This document shows, in pieces, positions 1-10,127 of a stretch of DNA of 64,000 bases. The number at the start of each line of letters is the position of its first letter. Within the stretch, counting starts at the first letter, position 1. This stretch comes from Candidatus Latescibacterota bacterium. Its GTDB lineage: Bacteria > Latescibacterota > UBA2968 > GCA-2709665. Position numbers and translations under genes: made by a program. Under the pieces are notes generated by a model. The model saw nothing but the letters and a program-made list of their open reading frames with translations, was not told the origin of the DNA and made no database searches. Location: positions 2,464,001 to 2,528,000 of the forward strand of contig CBDCOX010000002.1 of the NCBI GenBank assembly GCA_965219995.1, given 5' to 3'.

Positions 1-1552
1 GGCGCAGGTGCGGACCGTGCCTGCCGTTCGCAAAAAGCGACTTTACCGAGTCCGCGTACGTCCCGATTCGCCGGTGGACGGGCATGAAATCGGAGAGATC
101 CTCCCCCCCTTCGAGCTTGATCATCCCCGATCGGACCTGCAGAATCCGGCGCTGCCCCTCCCACCAGACGCCGTAGACCCCGGGGTCCTCCGTCCACTGG
201 ACGTTTTCGATCCATTGTGTGCCGTAGATGGGATTCGGCCACGGCGCTCCCGATGCCGCAAAACACATCCCCGTATACCCGGAAGGATTCAGGGAGACCC
301 GTTTGTCGGCGTACACGCCGAGTTCCTGGTTGTCGATCCGGAACCGGATGCCCAGGTTTTCTTCCAGCATCGCGGCGATCACCACGAACTGCGAAACCAT
401 CTCGGGCGCCAGGTACGACGGGATCAGAATCACCGATTCGGGAATGCCCTTTCCATTCGGATATCCCGCTTCGGACAGCAGGCGGCGGGCTTCTTCCAGG
501 TTGAATCTCATCCCCAGGTCGGGATCCCAATCCGGCATCGCCGGCGTGGAGAGCATATGCATCGGCGTCTCCCGCCCGAGAAAGATCGACTCCACGATCC
601 GGCGCTTGTCGAATCCGAGCGCAATCGCCCGGCGCACCCGCGCGTCCCAGTATACCGGATGCTCCGAGAACAGGAATCTAACGTAGGAAAGTCCGCTCGT
701 GGGCGTCAAGACCAGTTCATCGCGCAGATCGGGATTGTGCCTGGCGTAGTAGATATCGGCGATGGACGCCAGCAATGCGAAGTCGATCTCTCCGCTCTGG
801 TACCCTTCCAGCGGTCTGCCCGCGAATCGGCTGTGTATCCGCTCCAGGTTGCCCCGCGGCAGGTTGTACCGCGGATTCGCTTCCAGAATAATATGGGAAT
901 TGAGTTCCCATTCCACGATCTGGTACGGCCCGTTCCCCTGGTAGTTGGGCAGTTTGTGCCATGCGTCTCCGTGCTCTTCGAGCGATCCCCGGTGAATCGG
1001 GAACATGCTCCCCGTGACCATCGCATTGAGGAACGCGGGATACGGCCTCGCCAGGCGGAAGCGCAGCGTGAAATCGTCGAGCACGTCCACGCCCACCTCT
1101 TCCTCCCGCGCCGCGCCGTTCCTGAAATCCATGGCCTTGATGACGTACTGCAGCGGCGTGTCCCAGAGCCATTTGCTCTCCCGCCCCGGTTCCATCTGAT
1201 AGATGAAGGCCGCCCTGTAGTCCCGCGCGGTTACCGTTGTGCCGTCGTACCATCGGTTGTCCCGCCGGAGAAAGAAGGTATACGACAACCTGTCTTCGGA
1301 GACCTCCCAGCGCTCGGACTGGGCCGGAATCAGTCCTTTCTCCGGTCCCAGCTGAACCAGCCCTTCTTTCGTGCCCAGCGTGATCTGCGCGTACATCCCC
1401 CCGGTATACAGATAGCTGTTCAACGTGCTCACCGGGGGCCCGATGTACCGGATCTCTTTGGGCCGGCCGGCATGCGCCGGTGCGCTGAAAAGCACAGCGG
1501 CAAGCATTCCGAACAGGACACCGTTTCGCCACTCCGTGCCCCCGAGCGTCAT
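1..1552 (-). CDS. Peptide/nickel ABC transporter substrate-binding protein (family 5), runs off the left edge
   Basis: Manual translation from ATG 1552 (ATGA overlap with upstream gene stop): signal peptide, then EGLVQLGPEKGLIPAQSERWEVSEDRLSYTFFLRRDNRWYDGTTVTARDY. Absent from the ORF track, presumably because it has no stop in the window. Confidence 0.88.
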   Translation of the reverse strand, partial: MTLGGTEWRNGVLFGMLAAVLFSAPAHAGRPKEIRYIGPPVSTLNSYLYTGGMYAQITLGTKEGLVQLGPEKGLIPAQSERWEVSEDRLSYTFFLRRDNRWYDGTTVTARDYRAAFIYQMEPGRESKWLWDTPLQYVIKAMDFRNGAAREEEVGVDVLDDFTLRFRLARPYPAFLNAMVTGSMFPIHRGSLEEHGDAWHKLPNYQGNGPYQIVEWELNSHIILEANPRYNLPRGNLERIHSRFAGRPLEGYQSGEIDFALLASIADIYYARHNPDLRDELVLTPTSGLSYVRFLFSEHPVYWDARVRRAIALGFDKRRIVESIFLGRETPMHMLSTPAMPDWDPDLGMRFNLEEARRLLSEAGYPNGKGIPESVILIPSYLAPEMVSQFVVIAAMLEENLGIRFRIDNQELGVYADKRVSLNPSGYTGMCFAASGAPWPNPIYGTQWIENVQWTEDPGVYGVWWEGQRRILQVRSGMIKLEGGEDLSDFMPVHRRIGTYADSVKSLFANGRHGPHLR

Positions 1553-3270
1553 GGTCCTGTCTCTCCTTCCCTCACGACGATCTCCCTGTCCGCCGATATG
1601 CTCCCCATCCGGTCCACCGTGCCACCGGGCCATCGCACCTTGAGGGAATCGACCGTCGCGTTCCGGCCGAGTCCGAAATGGAGACGGAAATCGTTCTGCG
1701 ACAGATAGCTTGATCCGCTTCGGACCTCGCCGACCTGCGGCCGGCCGCCGGCCCAGACCGTCACCCGGGCGCCGATTCCGTTGCGGTTCGACAGCCGCGG
1801 AGCGCCGGTTGAACCCACGGAATGCTCCCGCGCGGCGCCCACCAGCTTCACCCTCAGCCACCGGCTCCTGTTGCCGGCGTCGTTTCTCAGGAGGCGCGCG
1901 GCCCCGTTTACCGAAAGCACGAACACGTCCACGTCTCCGTCGTTGTCGACGTCTCCGAACGCGGCGCCGCGGCCGGGCTGGGGTATGGACAGCCCATCCT
2001 CCACGTCGCCCGTCACGTCGACGAACCGGCCGTCGCCGGTGTTGCGGAACAGGATTGCCGGCTGCTTGTAGACGCTGCCCACCCGGTGGGCGTTGTCGAG
2101 TACGTGACCGTGCACCATCAGAAGGTCGGGCCAGCCGTCATTGTCGTAGTCCAGAAAGCCGATTCCCCATCCCACGTGAGGAAGCGTCGGGGCCCTGATG
2201 CCGGATATCGAAGAAATGTCCGTGAACAACCCGGCCCCTTCGTTCCGAAAGAGACCGGCGCCCTCCAGCCGGAAATTGGTCACCGCCAGGTCCAGGAGGC
2301 CGTCGCGGTTGAAATCCCCGAAGTCCGCGCCCATGCTGGACTGCAGGTCGCCCGATCCGCTGTAGCCCACGCCCGAAAGAAGCCCTCTGTCCACAAAGCG
2401 CCCGTCGCCCCGGTTCAGGTAGAGGAAATTGGGCGTCATGTCGTTGGCCACGAAGATATCCGGGGCGCCGTCGCCGTCCACGTCGGCGCATGCCATGCCC
2501 ATCCCCTTGCCGCCGGGATTGAGGACCCCCGCCCGCTTTGTCACGTCTGTAAAGGTCCCGTTTCCGTTGTTGCGATACAGGCGGTCCGCGGCCCCCTTGA
2601 AGTTGTCGGGGTGGGGATAGAACCGCTCGCCGTCGGACGGGCTCGCCGAGCGGGAGGCGTAGGGCCTCAGCCTTCTCTCCGCGGAGTCAATCGCGTAGTC
2701 CACGTAGTTGGCCACGTAGAGGTCCAGAAACCCATCCGAGTCCACGTCCAGAAAGGAGCACCCCACGCTCCATACGGCGTCCCCGGAGACGCCGGCCGCC
2801 GCGGCGACGTCCCTGAACGTGCCGTCCCGGTTGTTCCGGAACAGGCTGTTCGGTCCGTAGCACGTCACGTACAGGTCGTCGTACCCGTCGTTGTCGACAT
2901 CTCCGACGCAGACCCCCATGCCGTAGGCAGTTTCGCCCACGCCGGCGAACCGGGTCACGTCGGAGAAAACGCCCCTGCCGGCGTTCCGGTACAGCCGGTT
3001 CTGCGGGGGCGGGCCGGCGTAGCCGGGCAACGTCCCCCCGTTGACGGCGAATACGTCCAGCCAGCCGTCGTTGTTGTAGTCCAGAAACGCGACCCCGGAT
3101 CCCATCGTTTCCACGAAGTACTTCTTGCCGGTCCCCCCGTGGACGTGCCGGAAGTCGATGCCTGAAGACGCCGTCACGTCGACGAATCGCGGCGAATCCA
3201 CGGACAACGCTTCGCTCCATAGGATCAGGACCAGCAGTATTCCGGATACGACGCGAACTGATTGGACCAT
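1549..3270 (-). CDS. CRTAC1-family protein (FG-GAP/VCBS repeats plus C-terminal ASPIC/UnbV), secreted
   Basis: Repeated DxxNDGxxD motifs; C-terminal GSSYLSQNDFRLHFGLG...VRWPGG; signal peptide. Confidence 0.92.
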   Translation of the reverse strand: MVQSVRVVSGILLVLILWSEALSVDSPRFVDVTASSGIDFRHVHGGTGKKYFVETMGSGVAFLDYNNDGWLDVFAVNGGTLPGYAGPPPQNRLYRNAGRGVFSDVTRFAGVGETAYGMGVCVGDVDNDGYDDLYVTCYGPNSLFRNNRDGTFRDVAAAAGVSGDAVWSVGCSFLDVDSDGFLDLYVANYVDYAIDSAERRLRPYASRSASPSDGERFYPHPDNFKGAADRLYRNNGNGTFTDVTKRAGVLNPGGKGMGMACADVDGDGAPDIFVANDMTPNFLYLNRGDGRFVDRGLLSGVGYSGSGDLQSSMGADFGDFNRDGLLDLAVTNFRLEGAGLFRNEGAGLFTDISSISGIRAPTLPHVGWGIGFLDYDNDGWPDLLMVHGHVLDNAHRVGSVYKQPAILFRNTGDGRFVDVTGDVEDGLSIPQPGRGAAFGDVDNDGDVDVFVLSVNGAARLLRNDAGNRSRWLRVKLVGAAREHSVGSTGAPRLSNRNGIGARVTVWAGGRPQVGEVRSGSSYLSQNDFRLHFGLGRNATVDSLKVRWPGGTVDRMGSISADREIVVREGETGP

Positions 3271-3327
3271 ACGAAGGTCTGTTTATTGAAGGCTGTGATG
3301 GGTAACAGGACGAGGAAAAATCTGAAA

Positions 3328-4022
3328 GCGGTGAGACGGTAGACGTGAGACGGTAGAAGACGTCATTGCCCGTCTGGTTCTTCCTTTATGCCTCCGGCGA
3401 GAAATGAAAACGCACAGGGAAATAAAATCCGTTAGACGCAAGACGGTAGACGGTAGATGACATCCTTGCCCGATTGGTTTCTCCTTTATGCCTCTGGCAA
3501 GAAATGCACCCGAACGGGGCAACAAAAACGGTGAGACGTGAGACGCAAGACGGGAGAAGACGTCTTTGCCAGATTGGTTCTTCGTTTATGCCTCTGGCTA
3601 GAACTGAAACCGCACCGGGCAATCACATCCTCTACCGTCTCCCCTCTACCCTCTCACGCCTTTAGGGCACTCACGGAATCTCCCGTCTAACGTCTTACGT
3701 CTACCCGCTCTTCAGGCACTCACAGTATCTCCCGTCTCCCTTCTCCCCTCTTACCGCTTTTGAGGGGCCGGGGGGAGAGGTCTGCGAAAAATCGGTGAGA
3801 CGTGAGACGCAAGACGGTAGATGACATCCTTGCCCGATTGGTTCGTCCCTTTTGCCTCCGGCAAGAAATGAAGCCGCACCGTGCGATCACATCCTCTACC
3901 GTCTCACCTCTACCGTCTCACCGCATTTAGGGCATTCACGGAATCTCCCGTCTAACGTCTTACGTCTACCCGCTCTTCGGGCACTCATATCATCTCCCCT
4001 CTCCCGTCTCCCGTCTCCCCGC
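3328..4022. repeat. Heptamer-based structured repeat, locus 1: three 100-bp units (3330, 3430, 3530), a fourth at ~3795, and complementary pyrimidine tracts
   Basis: (GNNAGAC)3-4 followed by a conserved core atgacatccttgcccg..ttatgcctccggcaagaaatgaa..gcac.gggcaa; later GTCTNNC tracts are reverse complements. Confidence 0.9.
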
Positions 4023-4046
4023 TTTTTGCTGATCGCTTTTCTTACC

Positions 4047-5177
4047 TCACCGGTAATTCATCAGCGTATGGACCGCCCGTTTGAACACGTGGATCGCGCG
4101 CCTGGCGGACCCGTGCGGACCCGCCGTGGCGACGTTCGTCTCGTAGAATACGCTGGGAATGCCCAGCCTGCGGGCCATCTGATAGCACATCGTATTCTCG
4201 CGATGCACGTTGGCCCTGCCATGCGTGGACATCCCGTCGGTCTCCAGGCGCAATGTATCGCAAAGAGCCTGGTACAGCCGGGCGCGATCGGGATTCTCAA
4301 AGACGGGATCGACCACCTCGTACCATCCGTCGTAAGGGTACTCTCCGTTCTCCCGCCAGCCCACGAAGGCATGGATATTCATCCACAGCGCCGGCCGGTC
4401 CGCGAGAAGCTTGTCCCACAGCAGGCGACTCTCGCGGGCTTCGGGCGCGGCCGCTTCCGTGTCTTCGCCGAAGGCCCGGTACATGTCCAGTCCCTCGGCG
4501 TTGAACGCGTTCCTTCCCATGACGTTTCCATCGGGGTTGACCACGGGCAGGACGTCCACCTGAAGCTGCTCCCGGAGGGCGACGGCATCCGGCACCAGCG
4601 ACGTGATGAAATCGGCAATGCCCAGCATTCCCCACGTCCCCGAGAATTCGACCGCGTGCTGGCCGGCGACGCACAAAATCCGGGGCTTGCCGGGCGTGCC
4701 GGCCCGGATACCGTGGATGTCCCGTCCCTGAACCGAGGCGCCGATCGTGAACGCCTCGCACCGGTCGCCACGTTCCTCCGCCAGCCTCCTGAGCGTGTCC
4801 ATTGAATCGCTGTAGGGCGCGGGCCATGCGTTCGCGACCCGAATCGTCTCGTTCGCCTTCAGGTTCAGGCGGATCAGCAGGGGTTCCTCCGTATTCCGGA
4901 CCCGTTCGCGTTCGAGCGGCTTGAACCGGCCCTCGCCCTGCGACGCAACCCACACCGTGGTCGGCAGAGCGGCGACGAATCCCTCCGGGCCGAAGCGCGA
5001 ATCCGGCCACACTTCAACGGTCACAGCCGATGCGGGGCCGTCATTCCGGACGTCAAAGCAGAAGTAGTAACAGTAGGTGGCCTTGTCCCCGACCACCTCC
5101 AGCCGAAACCGGTCGATTGCGATCTGGCGGATCTGCTTCGCGTTACCGCATTCGAAATCAGCCGCGATTGATATCAT
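4047..5177 (-). CDS. M14-family zinc carboxypeptidase (cytosolic carboxypeptidase-like N-terminal domain)
   Basis: ADFECGN N-terminus, YYFCF, GQHAVE (HxxE), VNPDG, NIH. Start reassigned to ATG 5177. Confidence 0.82.
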   Translation of the reverse strand: MISIAADFECGNAKQIRQIAIDRFRLEVVGDKATYCYYFCFDVRNDGPASAVTVEVWPDSRFGPEGFVAALPTTVWVASQGEGRFKPLERERVRNTEEPLLIRLNLKANETIRVANAWPAPYSDSMDTLRRLAEERGDRCEAFTIGASVQGRDIHGIRAGTPGKPRILCVAGQHAVEFSGTWGMLGIADFITSLVPDAVALREQLQVDVLPVVNPDGNVMGRNAFNAEGLDMYRAFGEDTEAAAPEARESRLLWDKLLADRPALWMNIHAFVGWRENGEYPYDGWYEVVDPVFENPDRARLYQALCDTLRLETDGMSTHGRANVHRENTMCYQMARRLGIPSVFYETNVATAGPHGSARRAIHVFKRAVHTLMNYR

Positions 5178-5232
5178 TCCGTTTCCCCCGCGGAGGCGCA
5201 TAAACGCCGTGCCCGCGCGTCATTACATGTTA

Positions 5233-6360
5233 TCAGGTATATCCGGTCCCCTTCGGCGGCCGGGCGTACGCCACCGCGACGCGGCTGGGAGGCCCTGGGC
5301 GTTTCATCGAATTCACGCCCCGGCAGGCCAGCGACTGGACCCCCTCCCGCATGGGCCAGTCGAAATGCTCGCCGCACGGCTTCCAGGCCCCGTCGTCGAA
5401 GCGGATTTCGTAGTGGTCGAAGAACGGCATACAGTGTGAGAGCGTAACCGCCAGCCTGGCGCCGTCCTGGTCCCAGGAAGGCTGCGTGGAGATGCGCACC
5501 AGATTCACCGTCCAGTACACATCCGGGAGGTTGGAGGTCCATTGCATGCGGCCCAGCGGTCTGAAATTGCTCACGAACGTGGGCAGGCACCTGCGGTCCA
5601 CCCATTCCCAGGTCCGGCGATCCGTCAGTATCCGGACCCGGGCATAATAATCCATCACCCGGTTTCGCAGAAACCTCGCGAACAAACCGGCGTTGACCTC
5701 CGCGTCATAATCTTTCCGGCAGGTGGGGTCCCGGAGCGCGAGCCGGACGTGCCTGGCGTCCGGAATGACGAATTCCGGCTGATCCTGCACCATTTCAACC
5801 TCATCCGCGGCCCCGTCCAGCCACGCCTCCCGGATCTCCAGCGCGTTCAGCGGCGACCCCTCCCGCTCGTAGTGGACGTTGACGTCCGGGTCCATCATCA
5901 CCCACTTCCGGTGTTCGTTGGACCAGACCTCCGCAACCGCGTGCCCCACGTTCCACATCGTGTAGTCGCGCGGCGCCTCGCAATCCTGAGTGGAGACCGC
6001 CACGATCCGCGCGGGCCAGCCCAGCGCGGTCGCCGAATCCACGAAGACCCGGGCGTAGGAACCGCAGAAGAACCGTTCTCCCCGGGCGACGGCCTCGAGA
6101 ATCCCGAGTCCATCGTCGACTTCAGGGCGGTTGTACCAGAGCCCGTGGTCCCACTGTTCGCGGACCCATCGCTTCAATGCCAGGAATCCCTCGAATTCCG
6201 TCTCGCAGCCCGCTACGACCTCTTCCAGGCCGTATTCGTCCCTGAGGCGCGCAATTCTGGGAGCATGCGGATCATCGGGTTCGTGGCAGGTATGATCCCC
6301 ACTGAAGTCCGGGACGTCATAGGAGACGACGCGGAACTCTCCAGGACACCTCTGGCTCAT
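5233..6360 (-). CDS. Transglutaminase-like domain protein
   Basis: Cys-His-Asp triad motifs FFCGSYA, GHAVAEVW, WVMMDPD. Start reassigned to ATG 6360. Confidence 0.8.
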   Translation of the reverse strand: MSQRCPGEFRVVSYDVPDFSGDHTCHEPDDPHAPRIARLRDEYGLEEVVAGCETEFEGFLALKRWVREQWDHGLWYNRPEVDDGLGILEAVARGERFFCGSYARVFVDSATALGWPARIVAVSTQDCEAPRDYTMWNVGHAVAEVWSNEHRKWVMMDPDVNVHYEREGSPLNALEIREAWLDGAADEVEMVQDQPEFVIPDARHVRLALRDPTCRKDYDAEVNAGLFARFLRNRVMDYYARVRILTDRRTWEWVDRRCLPTFVSNFRPLGRMQWTSNLPDVYWTVNLVRISTQPSWDQDGARLAVTLSHCMPFFDHYEIRFDDGAWKPCGEHFDWPMREGVQSLACRGVNSMKRPGPPSRVAVAYARPPKGTGYT

Positions 6361-6376
6361 GAGAATCTCCCGCGAG

Positions 6377-7291
6377 TCACCCGGATCGCAGTGGCTTCCC
6401 GAGCGCCTCGGCCATCGCACGGATGTGGGATGGGCCGGCGCCGCAACAGCAACCCACGAAGTTGATCCCTTCCGCCCTGGCCTTCAGCGCGAACGCCGCC
6501 ATTTCGTCGGGGGTGACGCCATTGCTATGCCGGCGGACGGCATAGCCCACATTTTCCGTATCGGCCGTTTGTCTGAATGCTTTCGGCTGGCAGGCGATCG
6601 GCACGTCCACCGCTTCCCGCATCTCGAGCGCCGTCGGTAGCATCTGTTCCGGGTCCCCGATACAGACGGTCCCCACGATGTCCGCGCCGTCGTCCACGAG
6701 GGCGCGGGCGCACTCCGCCGCGGTGGCGCCGTCCTTTGTCGCCTTTTTGCTGCCGATGCCCACGAGCGCCATCGTCGGCAGGCCGGTTTTCTTACAGCTT
6801 TCCACGCACAGCCGCATCTCGTCCAGACGGGAGAACGTCTCCGGGATCAGGAAGTCGGCGCCGGCGTCGACGAGAATTGCGATCTGTTCTTCCCATTCGG
6901 CCTGCGCGCGTGCGCCCGACGAAGGATCCTCCGGATCGTAAACCTGTTCTCCCAGACGGGAACCGGTCATCGTGGATACGAGACAGCCGCCTACCGGCGT
7001 CTCCCAGTCCGATCCCTCCTTGGCCGCCCGAATCCCGGTCCTGTTGATCTCGTCCACGCGGTCTCCCCATCCGTATTTCTCCTCCAGCTGAGCACCCGAG
7101 GTAAACCACGTCAGCGCCTGGAGCACCTCCGAACCCGATCTGTAGAAGTCCCGGTGGATCTGCTGAAGCACATCCGGGTGGGAGCCGATGATGCCGGGCA
7201 CATCGTAGCCTCTCCAGTTCGCCTCCAGGTACATCCCCCCGTCTCCCAGAACGATCCCCTCGTTCAACATCTCCATGAGATCTCCACCCAT
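6377..7291 (-). CDS. Homocysteine S-methyltransferase family protein (BHMT-like)
   Basis: VLGDGG, GADFLIPETF, GTVC, GCCCGAGPSHIRAM; GGAGG RBS before ATG 7291. Confidence 0.87.
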   Translation of the reverse strand: MGGDLMEMLNEGIVLGDGGMYLEANWRGYDVPGIIGSHPDVLQQIHRDFYRSGSEVLQALTWFTSGAQLEEKYGWGDRVDEINRTGIRAAKEGSDWETPVGGCLVSTMTGSRLGEQVYDPEDPSSGARAQAEWEEQIAILVDAGADFLIPETFSRLDEMRLCVESCKKTGLPTMALVGIGSKKATKDGATAAECARALVDDGADIVGTVCIGDPEQMLPTALEMREAVDVPIACQPKAFRQTADTENVGYAVRRHSNGVTPDEMAAFALKARAEGINFVGCCCGAGPSHIRAMAEALGKPLRSG

Positions 7292-7365
7292 AACACGCTC
7301 CTCCATAATTACGATACTCAGTGTTGAATTAACCCACCAGCAGTCCTCAGATGAAAGACCTGAAA

Positions 7366-7631
7366 GCGGTGAGACGTGAGACGGTAGACGGTAGATTACA
7401 TCCTTCGCCCGATTGGTTCTTCCCTTATGCCTCCGGCAAGAAATGAATCCGCACATGGCAGCAACACCCGTGAGACGCAAGACGGTAGACGGGAGAAGAC
7501 GTCATTGCCCGTTTGGTTTCTCCTTTATGCCTGCGGCAAGAGATGATACCGAACAGGCACTTACATCATCTCACGACTTACGTCTCCCGTCTACCCTTTT
7601 TTGGCACTCATATCATCTCACGTCTAACCGC
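7366..7631. repeat. Heptamer-based structured repeat, locus 2 (two ~100-bp units plus complementary tracts)
   Basis: Same unit as 3330; same left boundary (ctgaaagcggtgagac) and right boundary (ggcactcatatcatctc..ccgc). Confidence 0.9.
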
Positions 7632-7633
7632 CG

Positions 7634-8569
7634 TTACCGAAGCTGATACGGCCCCGGTCGATCGGGCATCGCCGTCGGCTTCCCGATCGCCTCGGCCATC
7701 GCCCGAATATGGTACGGCAGGGCTCCGCAGCAGGCGCCGATGAAACCGACGCCCATATCCCACGCGTCCCTGGCGTAGTCGGCCATCTCGCGCCGGGGCT
7801 GGTGGCGGAGCTCGAAATGGACGCTGGAGCCCGAGGCGATCTCCCGGGTGTACTCCGCACCGTTTTCCAGCACGTACGCCAGGGGTTGGGCGCAGATGGG
7901 AACGGACACCGCACCCATCATCTTCCGCAGGATATCCCTGTACATATACCACGGCCGGCCGCAATTCACGCCCACCACGTCGGCGCCATGGTCCACGAGC
8001 CGTTTTGCGGCCTCGTCCGGCAGGTACCGGTCCGAAGTGTACTCCCCCGATTTGTACTCCAGCGTCACCACGACGGGCACCCCGGCGTTCTTGATGAATG
8101 GCATGCCCAGCGACGCCTCCTCCACCGAATAAAACGTCTCCACGATGAACAGGTCGACCCCCGCGTCGATCTGCTGGCCCACCCGCCGTTCGAAGAATGC
8201 CTGCGCCTCCCGCCTTTCGTTCGCGGTAATGGGCGACCGCCGCTGGTACGGTCCGATGCCGGCGGGGCTGAGCGTACCCGCCACGAGACGATCCGGTCCG
8301 GCGGCCTCCCTCGCAAGTCCGACCGCGGTACGGTGCAGTTCTTCATCCCGGTCCATCCTGCCCACGCCCCAGGTCATGGCCTGCAGCACCTCGGCGCCCG
8401 CCAGCGCAAACTCCCTGTGCAATTGGAGCAGGCCCTCCGGGTGGTCCAGTACGGCCCAGGGTACGCCTTTTTCGAAATTGCCCAGGCATCGCCGTTCGAG
8501 CTCCAGATAGTAGCCGCCGTCGCCAAGTACCGGCCCGTCCTTCAGGCGATCCAGAAAACCCGATGCCAT
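7634..8569 (-). CDS. Homocysteine S-methyltransferase family protein (paralog)
   Basis: VLGDGGY, GVDLFIVETF, GVNC, GACCGALPYHIRAM; AGGAGG RBS before ATG 8569. Confidence 0.88.
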   Translation of the reverse strand: MASGFLDRLKDGPVLGDGGYYLELERRCLGNFEKGVPWAVLDHPEGLLQLHREFALAGAEVLQAMTWGVGRMDRDEELHRTAVGLAREAAGPDRLVAGTLSPAGIGPYQRRSPITANERREAQAFFERRVGQQIDAGVDLFIVETFYSVEEASLGMPFIKNAGVPVVVTLEYKSGEYTSDRYLPDEAAKRLVDHGADVVGVNCGRPWYMYRDILRKMMGAVSVPICAQPLAYVLENGAEYTREIASGSSVHFELRHQPRREMADYARDAWDMGVGFIGACCGALPYHIRAMAEAIGKPTAMPDRPGPYQLR

Positions 8570-8654
8570 TGCAATACCTCCTGGCACGGCGTCGCTGTGC
8601 TCAGCCGAAACCAAATAGGTGGAAATGAACGCGCCAGCCGGTTCAACGGTGCAA

Positions 8655-8740
8655 TTACTCCCCCCTTGAGGGGGAGTCGCAGAAGCCGAGCCGGTCCCTG
8701 AGCTTGTCGAAGGGCCCGCGAAGGCTGATGCGGAGGGGGG
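8655..8740 (-). repeat. Dispersed palindromic REP/MITE-like element (cccc.ccgcatcagcc...ggctcggcttctgcgactccccctcaaggggggagt), inverted copy
   Basis: Reverse complement of copies at 24659, 26322, 34541 and 43414. Confidence 0.85.
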
Positions 8741-8883
8741 ATTTTAACTCCCTTCTTTAGCTGGGAGCAGGAAGAAACATGAACGTGTATTGCGTAGAAG
8801 TCTAACTGTATGCTTCATAGGGTTTCTTCGGTGTGGCCCTCTTGCGTCTCACCGACTTCGATCAGCGTGTCGATTTTCATAAC

Positions 8884-10110
8884 CTACAGGGTCAAAGGGT
8901 GAACTGACTGAGTAGGGAACTCACCAACTTTTCTCTTTTCCGACGGCCTGAAATCCGGGACGTCCAGGCACGCGTTCCCCTGTTCCACGGACTGAACGGC
9001 CACAATGGCCGGCGCCGTCAGTTCCGCCGACCGGTAGACGTTCAGCGGCGGGTCCGAATCGTTCAGAATGGCGTCCAGGAAAGACGAGAGCGCAAAGTAG
9101 TCCATATTCCCATGCCCGCTGCCCCTGGCCGCCTCGGGAAGGTCGTCCGGAGAAAACTTCCACTCGGCCTCCCGCATGGATTCCTCTCCGGAACTCTCCA
9201 GCCAGATCTTCGGCGTGTCCACGCCCTGAGGGCCGCCGTATATCTCCTCGGAACGGGCGGTCTCCACCTTTCCCTTGGTCCCTTCCAGGTGCCACCAGTG
9301 ATGGTCCCGGGGCGTCGCGTACGTAAACCCGACCGCCATCCGGACGATCGTATCCTTTTCGGTGTGCATCAACGCGACCTCGATATCCGAGGCGGGAATC
9401 CCTTCGTAATAATAGCTTTGAGTCCGCGTCCCCATGCACGTCACCCGCGTCACCCGGTCATCCAGAACCGTCAGGATGGGGCCCAGGTCGGTGGCCATGT
9501 ACAGGATCGGGTGCGGAAACCAGTTCCACATTCTGCTCTTCGCGGCCCTCGGATGATCCTCGGCGGCATCCAGATCGATCCGTTCGCCGGTTTCGGAATC
9601 GACCCAGAACCGGTCCGGCGTCATCCCGTGAAGATACTGCCCCTGGGCGAAGATGACATGGCCGAGTTCGCCCTCCCGGACCAGGCGGCGCCACGCTCTT
9701 ACAAACGGGTGGTACATCACCTGTTCCGCCATCTGAAACTTCAGACCGCTGCGCTCCACCGCCACCACGACCCGCCACAAGTCGTCCATATCGTACGTCA
9801 GCGACACCTCGCAGGCCGCGTGCTTCCCCGCGTCCATGGCCCGGCAGATCAGGTCCGGCTGGTCATGCGGCGCGGTCACGATCGCCACCGCGTCGACGTC
9901 CGCCTTCGCCAACATCTCGCCATAGTCGGTAAAGCACGCGATGTCCGGATCGCCGGCCTCCCGAAACGCCTGCGCCACCAGGGCGTCGACCCGGTCGCAC
10001 AATGCCGTCACGCGGCAGGTCTCGATCCGCAGCAGGTTCTTCATCCACGACAACCTCCCGCGCGGGCCCAGACCCACGATTCCGATCCGAATCGGTTTCT
10101 TTTTGGGCAT
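8884..10110 (-). CDS. Gfo/Idh/MocA-family oxidoreductase
   Basis: IRIGIVGLGPRG, AGKHAACEV, GHGNMD. Confidence 0.9.
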   Translation of the reverse strand: MPKKKPIRIGIVGLGPRGRLSWMKNLLRIETCRVTALCDRVDALVAQAFREAGDPDIACFTDYGEMLAKADVDAVAIVTAPHDQPDLICRAMDAGKHAACEVSLTYDMDDLWRVVVAVERSGLKFQMAEQVMYHPFVRAWRRLVREGELGHVIFAQGQYLHGMTPDRFWVDSETGERIDLDAAEDHPRAAKSRMWNWFPHPILYMATDLGPILTVLDDRVTRVTCMGTRTQSYYYEGIPASDIEVALMHTEKDTIVRMAVGFTYATPRDHHWWHLEGTKGKVETARSEEIYGGPQGVDTPKIWLESSGEESMREAEWKFSPDDLPEAARGSGHGNMDYFALSSFLDAILNDSDPPLNVYRSAELTAPAIVAVQSVEQGNACLDVPDFRPSEKRKVGEFPTQSVHPLTL

Positions 10111-10127
10111 CCAACTCCTCCTAACTT

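Noticed and set aside
8-1708. 566-aa plus-strand ORF and other long antisense ORFs (e.g. 15514-16944, 52034-54052, 57119-58651)
   Set aside because: Shadow frames of well-supported genes on the opposite strand in GC-rich DNA; no motifs.
8815-8880. Minus-strand 21-codon ORF MKIDTLIEVGE... as an AlbA_2 5' stub
   Set aside because: Too short, and it lacks the EFK motif needed to support the call.
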